64,000 bases of DNA. Origin: Lama glama (Eukaryota). The DNA is taken from contig CM052816.1 in the NCBI GenBank assembly GCA_028534125.1, positions 4,280,001-4,344,000 on the forward strand, written 5' to 3'. Under the pieces are notes generated by a model. It did no database searches. It was not told the origin of the DNA and saw only the letters and a program-made list of their open reading frames with translations. Numbering within the stretch: the stretch's first letter is position 1; every line of letters starts with the position of its first letter. The position numbers were made by a program, and so were the translations under genes. Positions 63,352-64,000 of this stretch are shown here, piece by piece.

Positions 63352-63817
63352 TTTTTTTCTGAAGTACATTTGATTGATATTATATTAGTTTCTATTATAT
63401 ATTAGTTTCCAGTGTACAGCACAGTGATTCAGTATTATAATTACAATTTATACTTCATTAAAATGTATTGCAAGATAATGGCTAAAGTCCCCTGTGTTAC
63501 ACAATCCATGCTTGTTGCTTATCTATTTTATACATAGTAGTTCGTATTTCTTAACCCATATCCCTAACGCATCCCCCACCCCTTCCCTCTTCATACCGGT
63601 AACCATCAGTATGTTTTCTATATCTGTGAGTCTGTTTCCGTTTTGCTATATGTTTTTATTTGTATTATTTTTTAGATTCCACGTATCAGTGATACCATGT
63701 GATATTGGTTTTTCTCTGTCTGACTTATTTCACTAAGCATAATATTGTCCAGATCCACCAACGTTGCTGCAAATGACAGAAACTCACTCTTTTTTATGGC
63801 CAAGTAATATTCTATTT
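63352..63817 (-). mobile_element. L1 3' end inserted after an L2 fragment (62990-63350)
   Basis: tgaagtac...tgtacagcacagtgattcagt...ttttagattccac...tgacttatttcactaagcataat...gttgctgcaaatgac. Confidence 0.92.
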
Positions 63818-64000
63818 CCACAGCAAGGACCAAGGCTGGTTTACCTACTATAGTGGCTCATCCTTATGATCAGCAAATATCACAGTGATCTAAAGTGTGT
63901 AACAGCATAAGCCTGGAGCCACAAATAGGACTTCATGAGGAGGCAAGACCAAAATATAAGGCTAGATCAATTCTTCCTATTTTGTGTTCTACACAAACTT

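Noticed and set aside
4238..63817. L1 orientation bias as evidence for a minus-strand host gene
   Set aside because: The younger L1s split roughly 6 plus to 4 minus, which is uninformative. No host gene can be named.
1..64000. Novel multi-gene system, CRISPR array, operon or intact autonomous element
   Set aside because: No long ORFs, no regularly spaced repeat-spacer array, no CpG-island promoter. All retroelements are truncated or contain stops.

Overview
Mammalian, non-coding, transposon-rich genomic DNA (intronic or intergenic). It is most likely from a camelid: there is a tRNA-Ala-derived SINE of the vic-1 type, L1 3' ends of cetartiodactyl type, and no Alu, B1/B2, Bov-A/Bov-tA or PRE-1 that I could see. 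I cannot support any protein-coding gene. The ORF track consists of chance ORFs, ORFs running through N gaps or microsatellites, and LINE-1 ORF2 remnants. The window holds ancient MIR, L2, MER5/MER20/MER3/Charlie, MLT1, ERVL-LTR and L1M relics, a Tigger element, and about ten younger truncated L1 copies, many with readable target-site duplications (TSDs). There are three assembly gaps (500, 100 and 500 N). The best signals are a three-level nested insertion with a twin-primed L1, an L1 inserted into the TATA box of an ERV1 solo LTR, two polyadenylated non-L1 retro-insertions, an octamer cluster with a compressed Sox-Oct site, and a few weak exon candidates. I found no evidence of a new biological system. 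Repeat subfamily names come from recognition of consensus sequences, not from a database search, and boundaries of old elements are approximate.
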